Source: Styela clava (lineage: Eukaryota). Taken from it: 64,000 bases of DNA. A program made the position numbers and the translations under genes. The notes beneath the pieces were generated by a model that was not told the DNA's origin, made no database searches, and saw only the letters and a list, made by a program, of their open reading frames with translations. The number at the start of each line of letters is the position of its first letter. Within the stretch, counting starts at the first letter, position 1. The DNA lies in the NCBI RefSeq assembly GCF_964204865.1, contig NC_135252.1, forward strand, positions 16,120,001 to 16,184,000, read 5' to 3'. Positions 1 to 13,724 of the stretch are shown here, in pieces.

Positions 1-3000
1 TAACTATATATCCTGCTGAGTGTATAACGCTCGCTACAGGTATGCAAAACAGAAAATGTGAGAAAAAAAGTATTGGGGATAATGTTGAAACGATCATTAA
101 ATCGTAGATTGAATTTGAAGCATTAACATATCAGCCTTTCTTCGCCGCCAATACTCATCACGGCTCACCCCAAATTCAAAAAAAAAATTCCCCTTTCAAA
201 TAGCTTGAGCACAGGTGTAAATTTCACTTATAACTTAGACACATTTGTAAACTCATTTGAAGAATTTGTAAGAACTCAAATCTACTGAAACTACTTTCAC
301 ATTCTTGTCAATACTTTACTTTCAGACGCGTCATATCATAATATATGGGAGAAATATGAAAATTCTATCCTCGTATTTTCGGCTATACAAACAGATTATT
401 CAAAAAATGGACGTCCAAACGTTTTATTTACACTACTCGCCTTGTGTTTCCAGCAATCTGCTTTGCGGTTCAGAGAATAAAACGTAATTGTCCAAATAAA
501 TGGCCATAAGATGAGTGTTTGAGCTTCGGCAATAAAAAGGTATCCCATGCTTCGTTGTAAGATAAGAAGGTTGAACAATTGCAAATAGTATTTCTAGCTA
601 TAACTAGAAATTCGATAGACTCCACGTGGTTTTTACTCACCTTTTTGAGCTTAATTCAAAAACTCCTAATACAGATTCGGATTTCATATCGGCTACATAC
701 GTTTTCTCGAGTTGAAATTTATTACGCGAGTCATTTTTACGAACATGACCAAAAACTCGTTTCCGGAAATCATTAAATTGCGATGGCGTCACACAAAAAC
801 ACTTACACATATTATAAAAAATTCCCGATAATAATACCTAATCCTGAATACCCAAATCCATTCAACGAGACTATCCCTGGATTAGGTCAAGATTCGAATC
901 ATAACCTCGTCGTCTGTTTAGTCATACATCACTGCTTTCCTATCCGAATACTTGTGCGAATATCACATCAAAAATTATATACCCGAAATTAAAAGTTGAA
1001 ATCCCTTTTTGTGGTCAGAGATACGAAAATTAAATTCTATAATTTAATATCAAATCTAAAATACCGAATTCGATTCTGTCTAATAGATTTGGAAATAAAT
1101 TTATAGGATCGTGATGCAGATTATGCTGAAGGTGAGTGCCGATTTTTAAACTAGTACCGCATGCTGACTTGGCTTCAACTTTTTCGTTTTTAGTCGGTAT
1201 AGATATAATAGTTCCTACTTCCTATTACTGTTCACACCTAAAGCCTGTGTGAAGTTCAAGACACGATTTTCATTTGCTACTCCAATCAACCATATATATA
1301 TACTAAAAATGTATTTTGTAAATTATACTCGGTGATTATCTCGGTTCGTCATGCGACGAATTGATTTAAAACTACGTCGAATTGTTCTTGATTATTTACG
1401 GGAAGAAATGAAGGAACATTTTCATATGAAAACATAGAATTCATTCTGTTTCATATAATACCAAACATGATAATATTTCCTTCAAACGTGAAGACTTGCG
1501 GGTATTCACTCTGTCACAAATTCACGGTCATGTTAATTATTAAGTTCAATTTGGAATTATTAGAGAATCGTTATAAAATATTCTGTTTTAACATGGTAAT
1601 TCTATTGTAAATTGCCAGTAAAAATTGCAAAAAAGACCAATAAGTACAAGCCCTTCTTGTAAGGTCTATGTTACAACTATCTATAGATGTATATATCTAT
1701 CTATATAGATCGACGCTTGGCCACATATAGTTCTTCCCATATTTCACCGTTTCGAAATTTTTGATGCATAAAATTCGAGTATTTCCGCGAGTTGACACGT
1801 TTACATCTTCAAAATGCCATGTTGTTTAAAAAAGTAGTCGTAGCTGATTTTACTAGCCTAGTATTTGGGGTAGTTTTTCAACTTGAACTCTTTCTCAAAA
1901 AAGCAGCGGTTGAGTGGTTCGGTTTATACTTACACTTTTGGAAAAACAAAAACTGACAAAAAACTAGATTACGAATACCACTCAACGTGTAAAACATGCA
2001 TGAAATCTTACTCATTTAAAATAGTAACGCTGCTAATATTATTCATCGTTGACTTCTTACTCATTAGCCATTGTTACGGAAGTAAACGAGGAAGCCAATT
2101 CTCGGTGAAACAGTTCGAGAAGCCGGCTAGTTTTACATTTCATCGAATTCTCCATACCTCGCATATACTTCTATAATTATTCAAAATTTATCGGCTAACT
2201 TTGCTCGGTTATTGACAGTTTTTGCCCGTAACCTATTCTTGGCTAATGCTGCGTGACGTCGAAACACGTTATTTAGGACCTAAAATGATCCGTTCGAAGC
2301 CATTCTACTATGCCCATAAAAAATGCACGCATCCATGCGTGAACTAACCACCATTTAATTTTAGAATTGCCATTTGTGCGTGGTTGGGATGACTTACATA
2401 AATGCAGTATAATAGGATGAATTGCGCAGAAAGAATTCCTGTCTTCGTATATCATTTTATGAATCACGTGCAGGTGATTGTTCGAATGACGTCGTACTCA
2501 GAAGCTAAAATCAAGTAAAATAGTAAATGACATACAACACACGCGGAAACAAAATCTTTCTGAAAAATACTGTACATAACAAGAGGGGGCAATTGAACAG
2601 CATCATTCAAACTCCCCTATTAAACGACAAACCTAAAGCGCATCGATATAAAAAGTAAGCTTCCAAGTATGTAACTAAATCCATACACGCATTGGGTACG
2701 ACAAATTCATTTCAAATGGTACGCTCCATTCATTTGGTATAAAATCCATTATATACGGTAAGAAACTAACAAAGCAGAGCTATTATATTTCTCGGCGACA
2801 TCAGGTCACCTGAGCACAATTCTGTCTCAACGCGGAAGTACTGTGATTAACAAACAACCGGAGCAATGTGTTGCCGGTTATTGGCTGCACGGTTAAATCA
2901 TATTATGCAAATCATAACACTAAACATGGTCTATGGTGAATCAGATACTTCGAAACGGGATTTGGAGAGGAATACTCGGTAAATGCAACATCAACAAAAC

Positions 3001-6000
3001 CACAATAATACAACAAAACGAAACCACTAATAATAGATATATTACAAACAGAAGAACGTCGCGTTACATTTTCTGCTTTATATTCACATTCATTGCCAGA
3101 AAGGCGAATCAAGCGTTTGAGAGTTTATGGGCATACCGTTTCGACTACATTTGCCAGAAGTAGTTCAAATTGCGCATTTAGAAATGAATAAAGCTGGATA
3201 CCGGTACCCGATCGAGGACATACGTGTACGTGCGTATTTAGTATCCTTTGAATAAATGTTTTGTTTGTCGTATTATCCTGAATCTTTTTATGCTCAGTCC
3301 ATACTAAACATGAACTAAATCTTATATAAAATCTAAATATGATTTTTCATATAAATGTACTATATTTAGTACAACGCAAAATACTGTTGCAATAATAACC
3401 CGCCTGTAAGTGCATGTATACCGAGCCGCCCCTTTCTTTTAAACTGCGTTGCTATCAACAGAAATTGTCGAATATAGAAATGCGTCTCATAGTCGTGTTA
3501 TTCTTAATATTTCGGCTAAAAAAATGGACTAACAAATGATGCGTATCTGATTGTTTTCCGCTTATAGGGCCCACGCTTATACGTGATTCAACACAAACTG
3601 GTGTTCAACGGTCATTCATCGTTGGCACGGTATGATAAAAAACGTGAAGAATTGGGACCAGGTCAATTTATTACGATAATAATGAAATACCCAGTTACAT
3701 GGACAACTTTAAAGGAAGTTGGTTGCCTATCTAAATATAAAATAAATAACTGGTCAGCTACGTCGACTACGTCCGTGTACTACGGGACGAATTTCACCTA
3801 CTAACCCCCACGTTGTTGAATGCAACAACGTAGCTTGTCGACTTATGATAAACAGAAGCTCCTTAAAATTAATTTGAAATACATTGGCTTTAATCAACCT
3901 TGCAAGATAACGTTAACGAAATGACAATTCAATTCATTTACCACAGTTACGCGCCACAATAAACTAGTTAGAGAAATGGTGCATGTTTCGTAAATTCATC
4001 GTTGATACTATTTACATTGGGCATTCATAGAAGACAAACGTTAACGAATGCTTGAAAAATTAAAAATAATTTTATAATTCTCGTGATACATTTTGGAAGT
4101 GTCTACCATCTTGAAACCTAGTATACCTAATGAAGAAAACTAAGTGCCACGCCTAATTCTATATTATAACGTCGTGAGCTATATAATCCACTAGACTATA
4201 GACATAGAATAGAATAATTTCAAGGTAAATAAAGCAACCGTCAATTTTAACCAGAATGTATTTTTGTGTGACAAGTGCGCACTATATTTGTCTGGCGCCG
4301 TTTTAAAACAATCCCAATTCATCAATATTTCATAAACATATTACAATACAATACAATGAATACATATCCTATCCTTTCGGCTAAAAATAATCTAATAACA
4401 ATAACAAAAGATGCAAATTAGAGATGGAGGAGGTACAATAATAGCATTCAAATATGCACTTATACATATTTATTTATCATCATTTCTAAATGTTTATAAA
4501 CCGACAATAAAATTTTTCTGTTGAAATGAATGAGGTTAGCAGCATTCAACCCAAAGAAGTTTTGAATAATGTCATTGCGGTCAACAACGGAAATTAATCA
4601 TTATGAAATACCATTACCGGGGATATCCGGCAATGGTTGTCACGGTTAATAATTACAATTGATCTGATCGGCTGTGTATAGGTACTGCAGAGATACAGAA
4701 GGTATCATCATTTAATAAAATAGATAATTAAATAAGAGAGCAATGCTCAAATATATGGTACGAAGGCCATAACAAAGTGATATCAAATCTTTCACAGCGG
4801 CAGTCTCCCTCATTAAAAAACTCCCGACTTCGCTAACCACCTGATCGCTGAAATGCGATCGCGGAACCGCCACATGGAGCGCAATTTTTATTTCGACGAC
4901 GTCATCACACAAAACTTGCTAAAAAACGAATCCCATAGAGCGCACAGAAGTTTCGAAAAAAAAGTAACACTGAAAATTTCAAAGCAATTGGTCCAGTAGG
5001 TAAAGAGAAAGGTGATATTTTCACAACAACAATTTAACAAAACGACACAAAAAGGTCCACTTCGTGTCAAGTAAGATTGGTGGATAAGCGCGAGGAAGAT
5101 GGATGAAAGTGGCGGAATAAAGTGTTCTCGGATTCTCCCATGAATTTAAATAAAATAGCAAAATTTGGCGTGAAATATTGGGTCTCGGTGTTAATAAATG
5201 CAATAACATCATATACGGAGAATCCACGCATTTATTGACTAAATTATGCATATGAAGCCAATCAAGTGCTGCCAATGGAATCATATTTATGTAGGGCTGT
5301 GTATCCATTAGAAATACCACGCACTCGGAGAAATATTTTATTTACAGTTTAAGTTAAATTTTAGTCACACAATCGACAGCAAAGAGTGGTGAGACTGCTG
5401 AGACTTTTTAAAAGTTTTTACTTTATTTGCTAGGTAAATTAAATTTAGCCCAAATTTCTGACTAAGAATGGAGAAATACTGAGATTGAAAGACCCTGCTA
5501 TAAGTTCAGCAATTTGACCAAACCTTATGTCTTTTCGGGCTTACTGACATATTTCTGCTTCCGAATGTACCTCCTAACGTAAATTTAGCAACAAACGACT
5601 GCGGGATTTCATTTTTGTGACGAGGACGAAAAAATGTTGAAATTTGTGTTCTTTGTTATGCTCATTAAAAAATTTCAACGATTTCACGCACAATAAAAAA
5701 GCATCATAAATTTCCATTAAAAATTTAATCCTGATGCTATTTTATATGATGTGCAAACATCACGGATTGTGATTGTTTACCAACGCAAACGATGCCGCAC
5801 GCACTGGAGATGAAAATTACAATTTGTGCGCAATGTGCCCTTTTTATCCTCGGTCGGTTTCAAACGAGCGCTATTGAAATTACCGCTATAAATTTATACC
5901 GAATCATGATGATACAAAATCCAATGTATGTTTAATCAATATTCCTCTCTACTAATGAGTACCTTATTTTATTATTATACAATTTTCATGATTGGATAAT

Positions 6001-6563
6001 AAATCGAGCACGACAAAAATTTCGGGTGATAAAAATCGTGGACAAATACAGTAGTTAATTAGGCGAGCTGATTTCTTCATTTAAACTTTCGTATTTTAAA
6101 GCGGAGTGCGCTGGGTCGAATCCTGCCCGCGGATCCAGACTAATAATGTTGTTGTTATTTCATTCTTGCCTGACAACATTAATGATCAGATGTCATAGAG
6201 TGGCGATGTCCGCAAGCATTATTTCGAGCATTAACCGTTTGAATCTATATCCATCGCTAGAATCACTGAATAAAGTAAAATAATAGTAAAAAAAGGAAAC
6301 TTGATATATATATATCAATTTTTCAGCGAGAAATATATATACAGTATAATATATACCAAATATATAAGAATACGTATTCATGAAATATATATTGATAAAT
6401 GTATTTGTAAAGAGGTACATATCAAGACTAACAGTTATCTATGAAGAGAAAAATTCCACCGAAATCCAGAATGTAAAACAGGTATACACACAAGCGGTTA
6501 AACTTATTTATATTGTGAGTTGAAGATCTGGATCCGGATCCAAGTCCTCTATCATTCAGTATA

Positions 6564-6674
6564 GGGTGTTCTCGAAGTATGTTCACCAAGATGGCGCACA
6601 ACCTGAACCCTAACCTGGTACGCATACTATGTTCAGGTTGTGCGCCATATTGGTGCACATACTTCTGGAGGCCC
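6564..6674. mobile_element. Short hairpin MITE related to the 16265 family; second copy at 55418..55564
   Basis: GAAGTATGTTCACCAAGATGGCGCACAACCTGAAC ... GTTCAGGTTGTGCGCCATATTGGTGCACATACTTC inverted arms around AACCCTAACC. Confidence 0.68.
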
Positions 6675-8748
6675 AGAATAGAGCGTGTGTTTGTCGTATT
6701 TAGGTCAAACTGCCCATTTGTTCGTTGTTTTCTTCAGTTTGGTCCCACACCATATTTATATAACGTTGTTCTAAAAGATTTCTTTCCATTTGTCCGTCAA
6801 CGCAGATCATATTCATAATTTTATCGTTTTCAAAGCCCGTTACCACAGTTCCAACTATTTTTCAATTTAGTTCATTGTCTCATAATGTTTTTGTTGATTC
6901 AGTCTCGGTTTGTCAGCAACGTTATCCTTCCGTCCGCGTTGTTGTTTGTTAATTTGCACAATACTGAACCCGCGCTGCAATCCTCTTTGTCCTGTATGGT
7001 TCGTCAGTAATTGGTGGAAGAAAAGAGATATATTAGATTATCAATGGCCCGACTTGCGACTCACTAGGATATATATATATATATATTTGCTTTGTCAGCT
7101 TTTTTGACTGATTTCCTCAAATTGTTGCCTATATATACCCTGGTTGTTGATATGCTATTGCAGTATATATAAATAAATACACTTTAATCAATCAGCCGAC
7201 GCGTATGGGATGGATTACGGCTGAACATGTGAACTCGCCTATTTACCCTGATTCGTTATAATTCGTGAAGCAATATTGCAGATAAAAGAATTTCCATCTT
7301 CGATTTAGCAAATCGACTTTGTGTAACAGGAAACGAAAAAAAAACTAAATGTATACATTCGAATGAATAACTTGTCGAAAAACTCTGCCCCTTTTACCTT
7401 TGAACACGAAATACGCTAATTTAGTTAAACAGTTTTTGTTTTAAGTATCGGTATATACTCAGGGTTACCATATTTTTTGACTTCAAAGCGGGGCGCCTAC
7501 AAAGACACGACCCGTTAGCTGTGATCCTGTAATTTTACAGTTTCCTATTTCACTACATAGGCCTGCATTTAAAGCCATCTCGGCTGTCTTCATTGACCGT
7601 ATTGTCATCCAGAGTTCATGCGCATATTCTCTGTCTGAATGTCGGGTTCAGTTCGAAAAATAGAAAGGAATAGACGCTAATGAATCAAATGATCCAAATT
7701 TAGATTTTTTATGTACAGCAAAAGAAATAAAGAATATTGAATTAGTCTGCCATTTCTAAGCATTGAAATTTACGTATTCGCCCAAGCATGCTTTTCTTTA
7801 GATAACACCTCTAAAAAGACGTTGTTCAATGTTACATTCACGCGAACGTCCGAACAGGACCGATTAGAATTGATTTTACATATGATACGTTCGCTAACAA
7901 TGTTAGCGGAAAACAACGAAACAACGCATTCACCGAAAAGTGTATCTACATGGGTTATTAGTATGCGTATTCTGTAACTAAGATTTCGTATTTTACGCAA
8001 CTAAAAATTTGTTCGTCATTGTTCGGAAATTCTCACGGTGTTCTAGCATGTGGTCCTAATCCAGCGTTCGTGGCGGTTTGATAACCATACTAGTTTTTGG
8101 ATTCAATAGACGCAGGAACGAATACTCTATCGTTCAAATTTGGAATATACTCAAATTTATGGATTTTATTAAAAAAGGTAACATCCGTATACATCTCCAG
8201 AAATCCGACTAGGGGCAATGACCCATACTTCAAATTATAGAACTATATTTTATTACAACAAATTGACACGAAAAAAAATTTTACATGTTGAAAATCACTC
8301 CAAATGTCGACGGTTTTGTCATCGAACTAGCGTCAGTTACAAGCTTGCCATCGCATCACAACTCTGCGGTAGCTCGCATTCTTTGGTGATTAATATTGTG
8401 CGAATGGATTACTGATATCTAAGGCTGGGAATTTCGGGGAAAACACTTTAGCCCAGCGGTTCCCAAGGTGGGCGAAAACGCCCCCTTGTGTGCGTTTGCG
8501 ATAACCTGGGGGGCGCTGATGGCGATTTGGGCAATTGGGGGGCGTTGGCTGACAAACTGGGCGATTGAGGGGCGCTGACAATAATACGGGAACTCAAAAG
8601 AAGTGTGAAATTTTAGGTCATATACTCCTATGTTTTGGTTCAAACTAGTTTGCTTGTGATTACAGTGTTGGAATATTCTCGCTTAACGTAGAATAGGTAT
8701 TATGGCTTTTTTTAAATCCGCATTGCCTCATACCAATACTAGTCTAGG

Positions 8749-9235
8749 CAGTGGCGTAGCAAGACTCTAGTGGACCCCCCCCCCCCCCGCAAAAATATTT
8801 CGTGGAAATGACTCTAAAAACTGTCGGACATAAGCTAAAACAACGCTTTTTTTTTTATTTCGTCAAAAAGCATAACATGTCTCTATTAAAAGGCAATGGT
8901 AACCTAACATTTGCCGTTTATCTTGGTTACTTTAATTTTGTTCATACGTGCTTCCTCTTCTGGCCTTTTTCTGCATTTCTGTGCGCCACTGAGAGGTTTT
9001 GCTTTCGACATCATTCTGACAGCCTTCGTAATTTTGCCGGTGCGATCAAACCACATGACGCCGAAAATCGACGACTCCCTGGAATTGTTACGTAACAAAC
9101 CGATTTGAGCAGAACTAACATCAACGCTATAAGATGTGCATAACTGGTTTTGCAATGCAGCATTTGCGGCTTAAATTTCTAAAGTCTAACCGCTTGGCCC
9201 TTCCCGCGACCGTGTGGGTGGATGCTACGCCACTG
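8749..9235. mobile_element. hAT MITE (487 bp)
   Basis: TIR CAGTGGCGTAGC / GCTACGCCACTG with a perfect 8-bp TSD AGTCTAGG. Confidence 0.88.
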
Positions 9236-10368
9236 AGTCTAGGCCATATGCATCCTACAGCATGCACTGCACGTTTCGTTGTATTGAATAACAGCTTTAT
9301 TATACTATCGGGCTCTACTTTTTTTTCTCTTAAGCGGTAGTGTAGGTACAACACACTTATGTTACAATTTTGGTTTTGTTAAGAGCAACACGGGAGAGCT
9401 TGGCTGGACTGACGCATGCCAGATAGGACCATCACCACGTTGCGACTTAACTGGTTCATTTTTATATTTTGAGTCATCGAATAATAAGGCTACATATGTA
9501 ATACGTAAATTGGAAAACGGCAAAGACCTAGCGTGTTGTTTCATCATTTGTGTTCCGTAAGTTCAAACCTTCGAATACAGTGTCTTAGGCAGCATATTTA
9601 ACTGATTTATATTAAAAATAGAATTATACATCGTAGTCCCCAAAAAAACTAAACTATCAATTTCTCAATTACTTCTTCGAAAATGGAGTGAAATATTCAA
9701 CTTCTGGTTGCGTATGTTTGTACCCAAAAGTGTCGGAAAATCTGGAACGTTTTGCACAAAAGTTATGTTGTTCCTAACTAAAATATGTTTTAGCTTATTA
9801 CCTCACAATGGTTACAAAGCAATTTCGAGTGATCTTATCCCGTTGTCTATCAAAATTATTTCGACCTACTGCAAGAGATATGCAGCTTACTTCGGACATA
9901 TGAAAGTAATCTAGTAAAACAGATTTCGTTATTAAATTTTATTTATGTGCAAATCCTACTACAAGATAGCTTAAAGAAAGCATCAACTGCGGACCTTGAA
10001 TAGACGACTTTGCAACAAAATCGTGAACAATACATTTCGACCGAAAACTGATTATAAATTTACCATTGTCAAATTTTTATAATCACCAATTTTAGTACTT
10101 CAATTATTTTTCACATTTGTTTGGTTCTTACCAATACACTTAGTGATATTCTTTTGAATTAAACGCCATAGAAGATAAATTTGCGATGACGAAATCATTT
10201 TTAAAGAAATTGTACATTATAAAGATGATTTGTACCTGAGATGTCAGTTTTTTGCACGTATAGAAACTGATAATTACTGCAATATTCAACTATTTGAATC
10301 ATCACTTCTGCGAGCTGGCAGATTTTGAATCAACACAAATGGTATGAAGGATACTGAGAAATAAAATA

Positions 10369-11736
10369 TCATGGCTCTTTATTATTATCCAACAATGGCA
10401 GCTTTAATCTCTTCCATCTTCTCATATAAAAACGTTCATTCCCTTTTGCAGTTGCATCATCTTCTACCAATATTTCAACTCTTTGCAATATCACTTCGGT
10501 GTCAGATGTTTCTAATATCACATCAATAACATCTCCTGTGGAAGCCTAGATTCAGGAAAATAGAAGAATAAATAAAGCAGTTGCAGCACCCCAATAAGAA
10601 ATGGACTTAGAGGAGGAAATATAACCAAGTACATCATGAGAAAACAAAAGAGCAATGCCTGAATATATGGAAACAAGGGTTGCACATTGACACCAGTTGG
10701 TGAGAGCACAAGAGTTTTCGGAAAAAAATTGCCGGGAACGCGAAGGGCTAAAAAAGCACTCCCCTTTAATCAAAATAACAGCATACCCATCAGCACAATA
10801 TCGAGTGTCAGGTCCCATAGAATTGTTGAGAAGATTTGAAAAAAACCAATAATCTTCTAGTAACCTACTGACCTCATCTTTCGAACCAGAATATTTTGAA
10901 TTAATTGGTTCATTAGTCACAGAGAAAGGCTATTTTTCTTAACAAGAATTTCGCATGACGATCCGTAATATGTGCAGTTAGTGTTAAAAACCATGTCATA
11001 CCTGCACACTTTTCTTTTGTAATCTTTTGCCATTCAACCTGATACAGCCATCAAAAAATAGCTCGTTCAACTTTTTAGTTCCTAGGGAAAATGCTTTGTT
11101 GGCAATGGTGACAGCACGAGCTGATGTAACAGTGATATAAATATCCTTATATCCTGGGGGTTTTGGAGTCTGGTGACCTTGCTTCTGTGCCATCTCAGAT
11201 TCACATGATTTAGGCAACCTATCATTCTGGTCAATCCCATTGTTATAGGCTCTCTAGACACAAATTTATAAGAAAATCAATGACATATATATATATCTTC
11301 ATTCATACTTTCAGGATGTCTTCTTTCTTGTTACATCCCACTAAATTATGCACTATTTTAAACATATAATGCAACTGGGTATGGAAAGCCAGAAAGGCAA
11401 TATAAAATAGATCAAATATATGTGTCAATCTTGCATAACACACTCTTAAAATAGTGGAGTTACAATTACAATGCATTAAACAAGTGGTGAAAAATTAGCC
11501 AATAATACTGCTATAAGCAGTTTTCTAACCTTTGAGAATATACAAGGCAACGTCATTTCTTGATTCATGCTGCCTGTCACAGTTTTCAGCATCCATCTTA
11601 GGCAAGACAAAAAAGGCAGTTGCGCATGCCTTAATGGTGACAATTCCGCATATAACAATTTATTTTGCACATAAAATATCTGTATATTTATTCTATGCCT
11701 TATCAGACGCCTTACTAGAAAATTTCTGAACAGCAT
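10369..11736 (-). CDS. MTRES1: Mitochondrial transcription rescue factor 1 homologue (C6orf203-like, S4-like RNA-binding domain; 211 aa)
   Basis: complement(join(10369..10545,11002..11253,11530..11736)), phase-0 GT-AG introns. The Arg-rich N-terminus (MLFRNFLVRRLIRHR) resembles a mitochondrial presequence. GYKDIYITVTSARAVTIANKAFSLGTKKLNELFFDGCIRLNGKRLQKKSVQASTGDVIDV...YMRRWKRLKLP matches the vertebrate MTRES1 pattern as I recall it (YKDL...LRLN..KL.KKS..VKVGDTLDL...LRRWKSLKLP). Confidence 0.75.
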
Positions 11737-11957
11737 GAACAATTACACTGAAAAATTAGCATAGCATAGTAAATGTTAATATGCAATAACACTTAATGAG
11801 GGACTTTAAAACTTCGTCTATAATCTGCTATAGAAGAAACAAAGATAAGAGTAATGCATTGAATCTCTTCAAAATTAACTTTTATCAATCCAATATAGGT
11901 ATTAAAAATAACAATATTCAACGTGCAAATGTAATACAGCATATTATAACATTTCAA

Positions 11958-13724
11958 CTATAAATATTTTTCCATCTTGCAATAGTATCTTGATCCCAAA
12001 CCACAATAGGTAAAACATACTCCATCAACATCTCTGATTACCGAATAGCCTTGTCGTTTATATAAGTGAATAGCTTGATAATTATCTGCCTCAACCCACA
12101 AGTATATTTTCTGGAGAAGCAAAAATACATAAAACTCAAACACTGATTGTAAAATTGATATCAACTTTTCAATATTTGTTTTCAAACACTCACATTACAC
12201 CCAGACTCTGCAGCTTTGACCTCAGCTTCACAAAGAAGGCGGCTACCAATGCCGCGTAGCTGAAACTCTGGATGAACAAATATTACATCTAAGTAACATG
12301 ATGAACTTTTTTCAAACAAATTTTCATGCATGAAGTACGATGAACAAACTCCCATACACCACAACCTTAAAATTAATGCATCTCATCTAAGAAAACTTGT
12401 ATAAATTCAATACTCTCATATATCTGAGGCTGATTGATGCTCTTCAAGACTCTCTTTCACTAGATGAATACATTCAGACATTACTTGTACCTGAATACTG
12501 AAACTTGTGTGAGACATGCATTTCCTTTAAATATTTACATAAATGGCATGTTGTGTTCTGGCTGTTATAATTACCATACTTTAGACAGTTTTATATTTTG
12601 GCAATGAAGATTAAGCTATATTGTAAAACACATATTTTTAGGCACTCATAAATTAATTTGTTTCATTGAACATTATGAACAATTTTTTTTTATCTAATAA
12701 TATGACCAACTAAACTTACCCACAGCAACCTCGACATCCAACATTTGAATAGGTGTAGCAAAAACTTCCCTCATTAGGATTGCTGTATTCAAATATATAA
12801 TTACAATTGAATGCTGTATTGTACCGTGAGCTCTATGACATGATGTAATTGTTACTTTGCATAAATACCTACATCATTATTATTACTGTACTCCATTCAA
12901 TGCTAATTCTAACCTGTCGCTTTTCATCTTGAGAACACAAACACCAACAAGTTGATCGGATATGGTGGCAATTAACGAATGCTTGTAATAGCACGATGGT
13001 GCATTTTGCATTGAACGCTTTTCTATATTTATAACTCCATTCAAATTTTTCTCTCCAACGGCCCATTCAAAAGTTTTTCTATATGAAAACAAATTTATCA
13101 ATATCCACTACAATGTGAATCATGTTTGTGTGAAGTGCGTTGTCCCACCGGTCACAAAAGTAAAGTAGGTACCGGTAACGGCTTCCTCCACTATCAAGTC
13201 CACCATGCTTCCGAAAATAACTACGTAACTAATCCCATATCTGACTCACTGACTGGATTGGTAACTGGACAAAAGGACTGTGGTTCGCCATATGGTTAAG
13301 TTGCCTTTCCCCTCCCCGGGATAAATATGTAAATCCTATCTTATCGACTTGCATGAAATGTAAAATACTTATGGTTATAAATCGCATTTAGTCAGGTGCG
13401 ATCTACTGTTCAATTCTAGCCTTGACCTCTTTCAATCTTAGACTACCGTACTTAGAATGGCTGAATGTCAAGTAGGCTACGGTACCAGGAAAGCACAACA
13501 CTTACTGACTTAGTACCGGTTTTTCCTAAGTTCTATAATTGAACCTCATTGATTGGAGTGCCAGAGTGCTGTAGCACATGTCAGAATGTAGCAACGTTTA
13601 ACTTTGATAAAATCTCAATTAGGTATTTCCTTGAAAAAACTTGCCTAAAACAAGTAACAAGTAACTTCGCAGCAAAATCACTGTCTTCTGGCCTCATTTC
13701 CCTGATTCGAATCGTGCCTGTCAT
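11958..13724 (-). CDS. GNAT-family N-acetyltransferase, Cys-rich (210 aa)
   Basis: complement(join(11958..12110,12194..12365,12720..12782,12914..13078,13645..13724)) = 633 nt with all phases consistent. The first intron is GC-AG. It has a typical GNAT N-terminus (IRIREMRPEDSDFAAKLL), acetyl-CoA motif A (YLDVIFVHPEFQLRGIGSRLL) and motif B (IYLWVEADNYQAIHLYKRQGY). Confidence 0.85.

Noticed and set aside
1107-1131. 25-nt microexon-like segment (TTTATAG|...GAAG|GTGAGT)
   Set aside because: The splice signals are good, but no partner exons could be linked within the window.
10552-10920. 122-aa minus-strand ORF
   Set aside because: It has a GTG start, lies wholly within MTRES1 intron 2 and has no recognisable domain.
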